Source: Octopus sinensis
Lineage: Eukaryota
Assembly: GCF_006345805.1 (NCBI RefSeq)
Contig: NC_042998.1
Span: 174,530,001 to 174,594,000 of the forward strand
Direction: 5' to 3'
DNA length: 64,000 nucleotides
The translations under genes and the position numbers were made by a program. The notes beneath the pieces are model-generated. The model saw only the letters and a list, made by a program, of their open reading frames with translations. It ran no database searches and was not told the DNA's origin. Shown in pieces: positions 11,555 through 23,999 of the stretch. Numbering within the stretch: the stretch's first letter is position 1; the number at the start of each line of letters is the position of its first letter.

Positions 11555-12071
11555 ACTATATATATAAAACTGTAGTTGTGTGAGTGTCTGTCTCCTACGA
11601 TTTAGATTCCTAACTCCTCCCACATTTTGCGGTACAGTTTAACCAAATTCGGGTATCTTATAGTCGTGATTCATATCGAGCCCGTCTGGCTATTAGCGCG
11701 CGTCTACGATGAGTCTACGATTTTAAAAATAATTTAACATCATTTTTTATTCCATTTTAATGCATAATTTTTCGTGTGTCGATGGCGGTGGAGTTGGCGT
11801 CCACGCTCAAACACCTGCACCTGTGTTTGCTTCTCCCCCTTCTTCCCTCCCTCGTGAAGCTGTGGGGAAAGGAGTTTAAGGAAGTCAACGTCGTAATGCG
11901 TTGTCAAGGAGACCAGCGTTCTTTTAGAACAACGACTTCATGGCTTGAAGACACCAAAACAGAAATGGCTAAGAAAGCCCGAATTGGCATCTATAAGGGA
12001 AGTAACTCTCTAAAAATGCTTAAATAGTTATTTCCCTTACAAACCCGAGCAACGCCGGGCGATACTGCTAG
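11555..12071 (+). mobile_element. Non-autonomous Helitron
   Basis: 5' (A)CTATATATATAAAAC start; 3' hairpin CCCGAGCAACGCCGGG then CTAG|T. Both ends are shared with 24664-25056. Confidence 0.8.
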
Positions 12072-13485
12072 TGATTAAATAAAAACATTGTCCCGCGGTG
12101 CCATACAGCGGGATAAAACCTTTGTATTTCATGACTACAAAGCAAAACTTCTCAGTCATTCGGCCATGGTGCATCCATGTGTGTGTGTGTGTTTATGCTG
12201 TTTACATCATAAGAATTTTGAATCTTCGGGAGACGTGAAATGAATCGTTTTTAATGATGGAAACCGAAGCAGATAAAGCCATAAATAAATATTGAGTACA
12301 TAAGCTTCTAGTTACATCGTTAAAAACTACTTATTTCATGTTTCTCAAAGTTTCCTAAATTCTTACGATGTAAACCACGTACAATTCTTGCTGATAAGAA
12401 CAGAGCTTCTAAAAGGGAAAGAGAAATTACGATTGCTTCGGTACAACGGTGGAACGTCTCTCATGTTTACAGGAGGTATGGATTCGAGTTCCACAGGTAG
12501 CAATCGATCTAAGGAGTTTCTTAAACCAGTATTTCCGTGCTATCATTTATAATTTTACTTAAGTCCCACCGGGTGAGCTTCTCAAAGTACATCTTATCTA
12601 TATAACTCCTTCTATCCCTCACTCACCCATCAAACCCCCATATCACAGCCTTCACCCACCTCCCCACTGCATTCTTCAATCGTCGTCTTCGACCCCCAGT
12701 TTCCCCGTTCATTGCTTCGACTCAGAGATTAATGGATAGCTGACCGACTGCTCTGCTGTTCATACTGCCAGCTACTCAGACCACTTTGAACTAGGTATGC
12801 TCGAACAAGTTACCGGGATTACCTATATATTGGGCCATTTTTAGGAAAATGAATATTCCCTCATCTTTTGATAAAGATATTTTTCTCGTATGTGTATGGT
12901 GTGTGTGTGCGTGGGTGAAAAGATATTCACTGCATAATGATATTATTAACGATGTATAGAAGTATTAAAAAATATGATTAAAAATAGTGACAAAATAGAT
13001 ATACAAAAAAAAATATACAAGGCTATTCAGAAATTTGTTTAGCATTTAAATGATCCACACAAATTTTCTTAATATACTTCCAAAACTGAAATGCATTATT
13101 TTAGATAAGGCTATTAAGTTGCATGCGTGCGTGTGTACGTACGAGCGTGGTTTGGTCCGTTATCATATTCAATAGTTTATTCATCAACTCTAAAATTTCA
13201 AATATCGTGCTTTGTGCGCATAATACTGAAGACATGAAATTATCACGTGCATTTGCATGCGAATTGGTTAATAGATTATGTATTTTACTTATGACAATAT
13301 GAATAGATGGATGTGTGGCATATTTTCTAAATGTTCTTAGCACCCAAATCGTGATCGCTAATCGTATTTTCATATCTTCATAAATATTTCTGTATTGTTT
13401 TGCAGCTTTCCTACTCTACCATTCCAGTGATATGACGTGACACAGTTACGATGCAAGAAGCTCTTTCTCTAGTAATATATATATA

Positions 13486-13520
13486 CTAGCTTAAGGTGAC
13501 CCGCTCTACGCGCGGGTAAG
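13486..13520 (-). mobile_element. Helitron-type 3' terminus
   Basis: Minus strand ACCCGC-GCGTAGA-GCGGGT hairpin followed by CTAG|T; the 5' end was not identified. Confidence 0.55.
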
Positions 13521-13704
13521 AGTGTGGTTGTTACTTTCTATTGCTTCCTTTCAGCACGTAAAAAGCACCATCCGAACGTGGCCGATGAGAGAGAGACACA
13601 CACACAATTGAGTGTGTGTGTACGAGTGCGCTCATGTTTATGTGTAAGGGGCGATGTATGTTAGCCTGTGTATATTATATGCGCTGGTAAGTGAATATCA
13701 ATCA

Positions 13705-14354
13705 TAATAATAATAATCCTTTCTACTAAAGGCACAAAGCCTGAAATTGGGGGGGGGGTAAGTCGATTGCATCGACCCCAGTACTCAACTGGGATCTTTT
13801 CGGTTTGAACGGCAGTTTTTAACATAATTTCTAGGTAACTAAAAAATTTTAAACTTCGTATACTGGTAGAATGTGTTTATAAAACGTCTTTTTCTCTTGG
13901 CTTTATTGAGAAAATTCTATAGTTTGTAAGATATTTGTTGATTTTTTCCTTCAATTTCTACAATTTCAACCAATCACTGACGTCTATTGAGGTAAAAAAA
14001 CATTCTGTGCCGTATGAATATGTCCCTCGTTTAAGAAACAGATTGGGTTTATTTACATTTGTGAAGAAAAAGAGATACCCTTCCCCCACCCCTAACCCTA
14101 ACCCTAAAACAGATTGAAATGCAATAGATCGATACTAGGGTCATAATTATGGGTGACAATTTCATATGACACCGCTAGAAAAAACTGCCATTCAAACCAA
14201 AAAGATCCCTCAACTGGTACTTATTTCATCGATCCCGATAGGATGAAAGACAGAGTTGATGTCGGTGGCATTTGAACTCAGAGCGTAAAGACGGATGAAC
14301 TATCTCTATGAATTTTTGTCCAGTACGGTAATGATTTCTGTCAGCTCACCGCCT
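13705..14354 (-). mobile_element. SINE family A (alternative tail), interrupted by a MITE
   Basis: The core/tail on the left (GACCCCAGTACTCAACTG) and the head on the right (GTACTTATTTCATCGATCCCG...CAGCTCACCGCC) rejoin across 13792-14216. Confidence 0.75.
13792..14208. mobile_element. Merlin-like MITE (417 bp)
   Basis: TIRs GGATCTTTTCGGTTTGAACGGCAG / CTGCCATTCAAACCAAAAAGATCC; exact 8-bp TSD CTCAACTG. Confidence 0.9.
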
Positions 14355-14481
14355 AACCCTAATACTTTGATTTTCTCGATAAAACGTTTAAAAGAAAACA
14401 GAGATTGGAGTTAGGGGTTATTAAATTATTATTATTATTATTATTATTATCATCATTATTATTATTAGTATTATCATTATT

Positions 14482-14705
14482 ATTATTATTAAGGCAGCGA
14501 GGTGGCAGAATCGTTAGCACTCTGGAGGAAATGCATAGCGGTATTTCACTCGTCACTATGTTCTGAGTTCATATTCCGCTGAGGTCGACTTTGCCTTTCA
14601 TCCTTCCAGAGGTCGATAAAATAAGCTCCAGTGAAACACTGAGTCGATATAATCAAGTAGTGCCCTCCCCAAAAATTTCAGGCCTTGTGCCTTTAGTAGA
14701 AAGGG
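14482..14705 (+). mobile_element. SINE family A (alternative tail)
   Basis: Same head and core as 7659, but the tail is AAAATTTCAGGCCTTGTGCCTTTAGTAGAAAGG. Confidence 0.8.
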
Positions 14706-14822
14706 TTCCAAGCAGTGCCGATATATATATATAGGGAGAGTTTACGAAAAAAACAAAAGACAAAGACAGGTGGTGTACAAAACAAACAGATGTATTAGTA
14801 TAATGCTCAGGAATAGAAAAAG

Positions 14823-14859
14823 TCTTTTACGTTTCGAGCCTATGCTCTTCTACAGAAAG
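14823..14859 (-). ncRNA. Minimal hammerhead-like motif with variant core (CUGUAGA)
   Basis: Minus strand reads CUUU-CUGUAGA-A-GAGC(AUAG)GCUC-GAAAC-GUA-AAAG; flanks are shared with the 9996 copy. Confidence 0.4.
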
Positions 14860-17233
14860 GGACACAGAAAAAAAATATATATATCTTCTTCAGCACACAA
14901 GCTGATCATTGATCAACGTACAATTAGCAGTATACGACTCTGTGGACATCGGATATGGGGCGTACTTATCAAGTGTCTCAGCCTCGTCTGCTAGCACTGA
15001 GTATCATACCTTCAATTCTTTTATAGTTGGTCTTTGGATGTTCGTTGTAAATGTTGTTATCCTCAGAGTGAGAATACTTCCCAGGTCTTTGATAAGTGAC
15101 ATCACTGCCTGTTGCTTATCACAAACAGTGAAATCAGTTGCAGTGAGTGGGACACTAGCACTCCGCTTCCTTTTTGGTGGAGTTGACTTTTATTTGGATG
15201 GTGCTGATAGTGACCCTACCCTAGCATTCACTCTCGTTGTTAAGGTAAGGACAACCCGAGGAGTGTTCTGAGAATAATTGTTGTTGTTGGCATCCTTTTT
15301 GTCTCAGGAGACAATGGAGTTGCGCATAAAATAATCTAGTCCGGCTAGCAGGAGGTGTATTAGATCACAGTATTTTGGTGTAATATAACACCAACACTCG
15401 CTCTCTGCAATATCTGATGGTTGCATGGAGCCTCTTGATGTTAGAAGGGTTACCATCTTATCTGAAGTCCACTGTCAGGCTGCTGCTAAGTTCAGTGTCG
15501 GTGTGGAGAAGTCTGGTGGCACACAGGAAAAACATATTAAAGAGCATTACAGCAAGCACAACATCTAACTCACCCTTGTCGTGATTAATAATAAATTCTT
15601 GTGCGTGCAAGTAATCCCTTGTACTCTTGTCTTTCCGAGGTCACCCGAGCAGTTGAACATACACACACACAGTACTCTTTTTAACAGAGACGGTAATTAC
15701 ACAGATGTTCCAATGTTGGTTAAAATAAGATTGTGATAACTTTTGGTAAGAACAGTCTCCAACTGAATAGTCTTGAACAAGATTCAAAAACTTTTCAAAA
15801 GTAAAGGAAAGGAAGTTTTCAATTTATTTAGACTGAAATTTGTGAAACTACAGTCATCTTGCCATAGGCTACATCTGAAAAATCTTCATTAGAAATGCAA
15901 TGATAGTGATGATAGTCGACGAAATTATTTGCGCCCTCCTCTTCATATATTCTTCTTCGTTCTGTTTTGCTTTCTTTATCTCTGTCTGCATCTACCTCTT
16001 GCTTTCATTTACTAAGTTCTTCGGTTAGCTAAGACATACACGCACATGCAATATATTTGTACAGAAAAGCCTGCTTGTATGAGTTTTTATATACTTTAAT
16101 TCTTCTCTCTCTCTCAACACTTTCACCATACTTGCGCTATACTGCTATTAGCTTCATACTTCGTGAATAAGCCAAAAAGCGAATTCATGAACAAACGGAT
16201 AATCAGTTTGCATTGCATGTCACTGATGTGAATATAAAGGTAATTTCGAAACAACGAAGAAGCCTTGGACTGTTAGAAATAGCATCTAAATTTCCTTCTT
16301 AAAAGACACATTGGATAATGTGGTTTTGAATTCCCTGCACATAGAAAAAAGAAAGGATGATCACAGCTGGAATGCATCAGTTCATAGATTTGCTCAATCA
16401 GGGTTGACCTGGGGCTAAACAGCAACAAAAACAATGATTTATGATTTAGATACAAGGCCAGCAATTTAGAAAGGGAAAGGAGCAGTTCATACTGCATTGA
16501 CCCCATACCTAACCGGTACTTTATTTTATTGACACTGAAAGGATGAAAGGCAAAGTTCACTTTGGTGGGATTTGAATTCAGAACGAATGCTGGAAAGTGA
16601 TTTATTCAAACTATTCTGCCAGCTTGCCGCCTTACATACAATAACTACAACTACAGGATACTTTCTGTTCTGCATTCTCAAACTTAGCTACTCTCTATTT
16701 CTGCTGAGGGTAATGTTATTGAGCAAGTAGTGAATTCACCATTTCAGATTAAGATTTCTGTTAGAGTTGCTAAAAGAGAAGACACATCTCTGCAGTTTTC
16801 CAGGAAAATCGGTATATTATTTATAGGAGTAAATTGGTTTGGAGCCTGACAACTACAGAAAGCGACCAAGGAGATATCCATGGCAACTGAAACCAGTTCC
16901 AGGCAGTTGTGGTTAATAAGAGACTGATAATGTAACAAAGACTGATAATGTAACAAAGACTGATAATGCAGACAAAGGCTAATTCAGTGCTAACTATCCT
17001 ATTCAAATGAAGTGTACAGGCTACAGGATGAAAATCTTTTAGCACTGAGATACTTGCTTTCAGCCCTGAGATACAAATGGTTTCCAACATTGTGATAGCT
17101 TCAGTCACCATCAGAAGGAGGGCTTACAATATCTTTAACTAGTTCCTGCTGTTTCTTTGTGAGACAAAGCATCTCTGATGATTAATTTTTGCCTCTGTCA
17201 ATTTGCAACCTATCTCCTTAACTTACAATAGAA

Positions 17234-17610
17234 CATCATCATCATCATCATCATCATTTAGCATCTGCTTTCCATGCTAGCATGGGTTGGACGGTTCAAC
17301 TGGGGTCTGTGAAGCCAGAAGACTGCATCAGGCCCAGTCTGATCTGGCAGTGTTTCTATGGCTGGATGCTCTTCCTAACGCCAACCACTCCATGAGTGTA
17401 GTGGGTGCTTTTTACGTGCCACCCGCACAGGTGCCAGACGGAGCTGGCGAACGGCCACGGACGGATGGTGCTTTTTACGTGCCACCGGCACAGGGCCAGG
17501 CGAGGCTGGCAACAGCCACGAACGGATGGTGGTGCCAGACAAGTCTGGCAAACGGCCATGAACGGATGGTGCTTTTTTTACGTGCCACTGGCATCAAGCA
17601 AAATTGCTTG
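17234..17610 (-). mobile_element. (GAT)n-tailed short interspersed repeat (family C) with internal tandem amplification
   Basis: (CAT)n...TTCCATGCTAGCATGGGTTGGACGG...; the GGTGCTTTTTACGTGCCAC unit occurs three times. Same family as 50822-50978 and 60215-60422. Confidence 0.75.
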
Positions 17611-20014
17611 TGGGAATGATGGATTTTAAATTCCAGCCTTTTATGGTCTGAGTTCAAAACACGCCAATGCCAACTCTACTTTTTATTTTTCTAGACTCAA
17701 TAAGATAAAGTATCAAGCAAGTAAAAAGAAGTCTATAACCGTCACTCGCAAGTGAATATGGCTTGGTAACATGTTCCATGGTTGCTAATTCTTTTAGGTG
17801 CCCATAATGCCACAAGAGGGAGGAAAAGAAATTATTCAGAAATAGTTTAATATTCATACATATTATAAACTTAAACACTAACTTATCAGATGGTATCAAT
17901 GGATATTGATCAATTGGTATATACTGGTATTTAATAAAGGAGTACTTAGGTAAAAGAACATGCTAACTATATATTAATTTAATAATAATCTAAACAGTTT
18001 ATTTTAAGTAGTGAATACACCAGTATTGTTATATATAAGCTAAGTATGAATTTATAAAGGTACAAAAATTAGATTTATTTTATAAATAAATAAAGGCTAT
18101 TATAAAAATAATAAAGAAATAAAATAATCAGGTAGGGCAGAACACCATAGAAAAGGAATAAAATGGCTTAATCATTAAAAACAGGATAAAGTATATGTAG
18201 CTTATTAACCACATTTTAACTTTATACAATATGGCAATATTGTTTGAAATGATCTTTAGAAGTTATTTGATTTATCCCTTTCTTAAAATGCTCTGCCTTC
18301 CTGATCTTAGAATTTATAAGGGCCTTTATATAAGTAGCCCTTCTAATTAAGTACTCCTTGAAAACTATAAATATTGTGTATCGAGTAACAATAATAGATT
18401 CTAAAACCTATAATATAACCCTTAGTTTTAAGAAATTAGTGTAAAATTAGAATGTCCCATAACATAAATATTCCCTTAGCTAATACCATGCATCAGTCTT
18501 TATTAATACTAGCTAAATATGTAAATATATAATTTTTAGTTTAGTATATTTTGAATTATACATTTTCTGCAAATCTTCTCTATTGTGGTTAATAAGCTGA
18601 TTGAGTTAATAAGCTAATAAAGTGATTGAGATATAGAGATTTTGATTGAATAAATACTTACATAGCAATTTTAAAGTATGACTAGTGGAATGTACGACTT
18701 CAAAAGGAATTTAGTGAAATTAAAAGTTGAATGGTGAGAAGTTGCATACACTTAACTATTATTTTTACATGCAGAAGGCATTTCTAGATATTTTTTCCTT
18801 AATGATTTTGACACTAACCATTGGTTAACCATTCAAAGTCATCTAGAGTCTGGCTAGTAGTGATTAGATTGCTTCACTGAAGAGATTCTAACAAGACCGA
18901 AAGATGTCTGGAGTTATAATGCCAAGGATCACACTCGCTATATACTGTAGTCTTTAATTCAATTTTCAATTAGTTTAAATTCTGGAAATGGCTTCCTTAC
19001 CTTTCTTGACATTTAAACATTATACTAAGAGTAATTTTAATTAAAATGGGTTGGCCTTCAAAATTAAGTTTATAACTTCCACTTGAGGGCCTGCTTTGAA
19101 AGTAACGTTATTTGAGTTATTTCCCTTGGTTCAATGTTGTGCATTTGCTTAGCTTTGAAGCACGTAGAAGTATTTTAATATTTGAATGGTATAGATACAG
19201 AGCAAAATATTTTCCTTCAACTGTGATTTAGATATTTTTTAAAACTGTCTGTTTGGGGGAAACTGAAAAGCAGAATAATTTGCAATATCTTCCTACAAGT
19301 ACGATAAATTAATTTATATAAAAGTATTAATGGTCTCATTACTGAAAGTTTAAAAACGATGAAAGACAATGACATTTGATAGTAAATCTACTCGAACATT
19401 GCTTGCAGGAGCTAGAATAAAAATAACAAAAACAAATGACAACATTCGGCTACTGTCTGTCAGTGAGTGTAGAAAGTTTCGTGACAATTTATATCCGACT
19501 TAGATATTATAATATTGATGATTAGCCTACAACCATTTCAAATGATATTCTGAAGTTGAAGCACGCTACATTAGCCTTTGATGATAATTTTCCAAGTTGT
19601 TTACCTCATCTTTAGAGTGTATTTGACAAACAGATTTAACTCGTAAAGAAAAGGTTAAGAAGCTGGAAAAATATAATCTTATTAATGACTACGCATCCTT
19701 TAACTTTTAAATAATTCATTTATTCTATCATATTTTAAATTTCTACTGAAGACATCTTTACGGAAGTCACTAATGATATTTTAACTATTGTGATGAAGTT
19801 TTCCACAACTTTCTGTTAGCAATTAGCAATTTTAATACAAGCGAAACTTCCATGCAAAACTGCAGACTGTATGAATTTGTTTATCCCAAGTATATCCCAG
19901 TATTATACGATAAACCTCTTGAAATTAGTTTCGTATGAACAAATCACCTAAAAGATATTTGTTTTGGTTCAATTGACTGTTTCGGTTAAATGTGATAGCA
20001 TCCATCATTATATT

Positions 20015-20158
20015 ATAATAATGAAATAATGAAATTAGTGTATACAGTGCTCAGGTGCACCACAACTTGTCAGAAAGTGCATATAAAGTACATGCAGTAA
20101 TGTAGAAATGTCTGGAAAGCGAACAATGTATGAGTCAGATACATGCCCGTGCGTGCAT
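20015..20158 (-). mobile_element. CR1-clade LINE 3' UTR fragment
   Basis: Near-identical to 37680-37805 (TATACAGTGCTCAGGTGCACCACAACTTGTC...). Confidence 0.75.
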
Positions 20159-20199
20159 ATTATCATGCATTTGTAAATTAATGTACCTCATGCTTCACA

Positions 20200-22457
20200 T
20201 TAAAAAGAAAAACTATCCTGGGAAAAGCGGACAAAGTGAAAAGAGCCACCAATTTCTATAATGATGACATCCTGGTAGACGGGAGCATAGTGTCGGCATA
20301 AGTCACCCGAAGAGTTTCGGGCTAACTTCCAAACCACCGGAGGCGATGGAAGGAGAGCTGCATTGGGACTCAAGCTACGGAGAGACAAGACCGGCGCGTT
20401 GGTGTTTCGGAGAAGGAATGAGGTCCCAGAATTGGACACTAAGACGAGTAGGCGAGAACTGTTTTCTGTGTGTGTGAACCTGCTGGGACACTACCCGATT
20501 ACAGTGTGGCTCTGGACAGCATGCAGCTTCATCAAGAGGCTAGCTGAAGGAGTGACAAAGTGAGCAAGAAGACAGTTGCTATGGTGCAAGAAGTCTTGAA
20601 GAGAGTGACTGCGGAGGACCCAGTAAGAGGAAACTGATGTGTGCCCAAATTGAAGAATGGGATCGTGTGGTGTGGTGCTTGCAGCATAGCAACGAGGATT
20701 GTCCTGGAAATTGGAGATGTCGTAGTGGAAGATGCGGCCTAGCTCAGGAAGAAGGACGACTGCAACTACATCAACGTGGTGGAGCTGGATGCCGTGTTGA
20801 AGGAGTTCAACCTGGCCCTGAGGTGGGGGCTGCGTACCATCGAGATCCGGACCGATTCGGCCACTGTACATAGATGGGTGGGATCAATAGTCACCGGCGA
20901 GCGAAGGGTGCGAACCAAAGGGGGTGCAGAGATGCTGATAAGACGCCATTTGGGAATTCTGGGCGAGCTAGTTGCTGAGTTTGACCTGAAGCTGAGTGTG
21001 GTTTTTGTACCCTCAGAGAGGAATAGAGTGGACATCCTGACCAGAGAAAGAAAGCCTGGTTGCAGTTGCCAGAGGATCTGGAGCAAGGAGTGGATGCAGT
21101 GTGTCGACTGAGTGACTCGGAGCTGAGGAGACTGCATACCATGCATCACACGGGGGCTGAACCCTAACCCTTTTCTTAGCCCGGAAAGTTGACTCTGACT
21201 TAACCAGGCAGGGTGTGCAGAGAGTAGTTTGGAGCTGCGACAGGTGCCAGTCCACTGACCCCCGTTCCGAGTGTGCATGAGGTAGGAAGCATTCCAGTGG
21301 AACACAACTGGAAATGACTGGCAGTAGACATGACGCACTACCGGCAGGAGACATACCTCTCGATGGTCGCCTGCGGACCGGGGCGGTTGGCTATATGGAG
21401 GGCGATAAAGACGGGGACCGCGGAGGAAGTCACAAGAATGCTAAATGAGATATTCCTAGAACGAGGCCCGTGGATGAGCTGCTAGTGGACAATGGCACTA
21501 TGTTTCGTTCGGAGGTGCTGAGGGAAATGCTCGACAAGTGGTATGTTAACTGTTTCTTCAAGGCGGCATACCGGCCAAGTGGCAATGGGGTTGTGGAAAG
21601 GCATCGTTGCACCATCAAGACCATAGCAGAGAAGGGCCACATCTCACCGGTCGAGGTCGTTTTTTGTTTTATTTTTGTATAATATGTCGCCCATGTCGGG
21701 ACAGGCTGAGGAGTCAGTGTCACACAGGGCAATATTCATATACGAGTGGGAGACAACCATGTACTGCATCGCTGCAACCCGCAGAAGAGAGAGAGCATGC
21801 CTTTGTGCAGGCCAGGAAGAAGTCTGGGTTAAACCGCCAAATGCGCGGTGCACATCACAATAGGTAAAGGGGACAATAACCTCTGCAAATTCGAGGAACA
21901 ATGTTTTCCGTAGATAACATGCTACGTCATGTTTTGGATGTGTAGAGGATCATCAATGCGTCGGAGGATGGAGCCAATAGTAATGGACAAGAGGACGAAG
22001 CCGGCAGCAACATGCCAGGGACTGGGGCTAGTCTTCTAGTCCTGAAGTCCCACGGCGGTCGCAGAGGGAGCGGTGCCCTCCTCACTGGTTGACTGGTTAC
22101 AAGTTAAGGCGTGAAGTCAGGGTTGAGGAGAGGGTGTGGGCAGGTTTGTTGAATGATCTTCAGTCAGTGGGGCGTGTGATGTTATGAGCCAGGCTGTGTT
22201 GTAAGGAAGGGCCGGGAGTGAGGGAGTATGCATGTGCTGTCTGAAGTGGAGCCTGTGGGTCCCACTAGAAGGGCCGCGGTGAGTATGCGGGGTCGGCGAA
22301 GCGCGAGCGGGCAGTTGGCAGTGGACAGCGTATGAGAGCAGACCTGTTAGACGGTACGGCGGCAGACAGAGCACGTGGACGTTGTGAGTGACCCTTCCAG
22401 ATAGACAGGTAAGACTACCCCGTAATTCTCTCTCCATTTCCGTCTTTTCCTCCTTCA
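20200..22457 (+). mobile_element. Ty3/gypsy LTR retrotransposon, 5'-truncated pol (RT end, RNase H, integrase) plus 3' LTR; pseudogenised
   Basis: RT motif FYNDDILVD; RNase H INVVELDAVLKEFNLALRWG...IRTDSATVHRW...VPSERNRVDILTR; integrase LAVDMTHY, CGPGRLAIWR, ELLVDNGTMFRS, AYRPSGNGVVER. The RT-RH-IN order is gypsy-type. Confidence 0.88.
22112..22457 (+). repeat. 3' LTR of the gypsy element
   Basis: TGAAG...CTTCA inverted termini directly after the integrase tail and a short purine-rich run (AAGTTAAGGCG). Confidence 0.65.
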
Positions 22458-22647
22458 CATCACAAAATCATTTAGAATCACCTTTCAACGCAGCCACTTA
22501 GAATACAAGCCAAAATCTACTTCTGCAATTAGCAGTTCTCCTCTCTCTCTCTCTCTCATCATTTCAAATCTTAACGGTAAAGACAAAATGACATACCGAA
22601 ATTCGGAATTACGATTCGAGTAGCTTCTGCCGATAAGATATATATCA

Positions 22648-22674
22648 CTAGCAGTACCCGTGGAAATTCCACGG
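22648..22674 (-). mobile_element. Helitron-type 3' terminus
   Basis: Palindrome CCGTGGAAATTCCACGG sits 6 nt from CTAG on the minus strand. Confidence 0.55.
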
Positions 22675-23999
22675 TTATTTTGAAGATAGAATTGAATTCT
22701 GAAACATTTGATTCTTGAGATGATAATACTATGTCCATATAGATAGTAATCGAGGTTGCAATCCTAAGAAACGACATCTCTGACAGCTATTTTCTTACGT
22801 CTTGAACATCACACTGATTATACATACAGTAATACCTCGCTTTACGAAGATGGCTTTACAAGACCCCGGGTTTACGAGTTTTATTTTTCAAACACAAGAT
22901 CTAAATTTTGAATGAAGTGGAAAACTTTCTACTACCATAACAAATGCTTCTGCATGTTACCGAGAACTTATAGAGAGCGAAAAGATGCTCTCGTAAACAG
23001 CAGTAGCTTTCTTCAACCGAATGCACGTCGTTGGTTGGTTGAAATTACCCAAATACGACAACTTTAACACGAAATAACTTCTAAACTACGATATTTTGTC
23101 AAAAACGTTCAGAGTAAACCGTATTCTACGTGAGAAATTCTACCAGTATTCGAAGTTTCAAACTGTTTAGTTTTAAAAAATTTATTAAAGAATCTGTGAT
23201 TGAGATGGAATAGATCCCGTGAGTATGAAAAACACGTTCTTCAAAGACAAATTCAGCTCGCATCTGAGCGGAATTTATATCTTCATTCAAAGCATTTCAC
23301 TAATCATCGTACTCATTTATTTAACGAACAAAAGTTACCTGTAAAGAACATTGCGGTAGAGCTAACGAGAGCTTCTCTACGCAGTTGCTCTTCAAGCTGA
23401 AAAATAGCAGTCAAATCTCCATCAAATTACACTGGCCAATGTAGTCCAAGATTTACGAAAAGATGGAAGATGTTACTACCTTTTCGAAAAAGTTCAGCAG
23501 TCATGTAGAGCTTCACTGTTTTTTTTGGCGGGGGGGTTTCATACTTTTCTCAGAGAAAAACTAAGAATTTGTGTTGATACTACTCTCATCAAATTAATTT
23601 TATATTATTTTTGGATTGTTTTCGTTTTCTTCCGACTACAAATTTTGATCTGAAAATTTTCAAAAAATGTATTTTTTATATAGATTTACATGCTGATGAC
23701 GAATATCGCATTATTTTGGAAAATCTTTAAGAAATTAGAAGCATTTAAATTACGTAGTTTTAGTCAATGAATCTTAAACCACTCTCCTCACAGTGGAAGT
23801 CAACGCTGTTGGTAGTTATGGCAACTCAGCTCCATTAATTATTTTTGCCTTTGGGCACGAACACGCGAGTAGCCATTCTTTTGAAAAATTTCCATCAATT
23901 TTTCGACATCAATTAAGACGAAAATTAAGCGATGAATATTTTTGACTTTGACAGAAAATTAAGATGAAAATAAAACATTATGGCTACGTATACTGGAGA

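Noticed and set aside
16919-16972. Three direct repeats of ~18 bp (AAAGACTGATAATGTAAC), superficially CRISPR-like
   Set aside because: The repeats are contiguous with no spacers, in a eukaryotic context; simple slippage. The same applies to the 34-bp doublet at 7201-7268.
17800-18700. Very AT-rich block resembling a mitochondrial insertion (NUMT)
   Set aside because: It has stops under the invertebrate mitochondrial code and no recognisable ND/COX/rRNA motif; an ancient LINE ORF2 relic is as plausible, and neither is supportable.
22827-23000. TA-CAGTAATACCTCGCTTTACG, a pogo/Tigger-like TIR start
   Set aside because: No matching opposite TIR or transposase motif was found.
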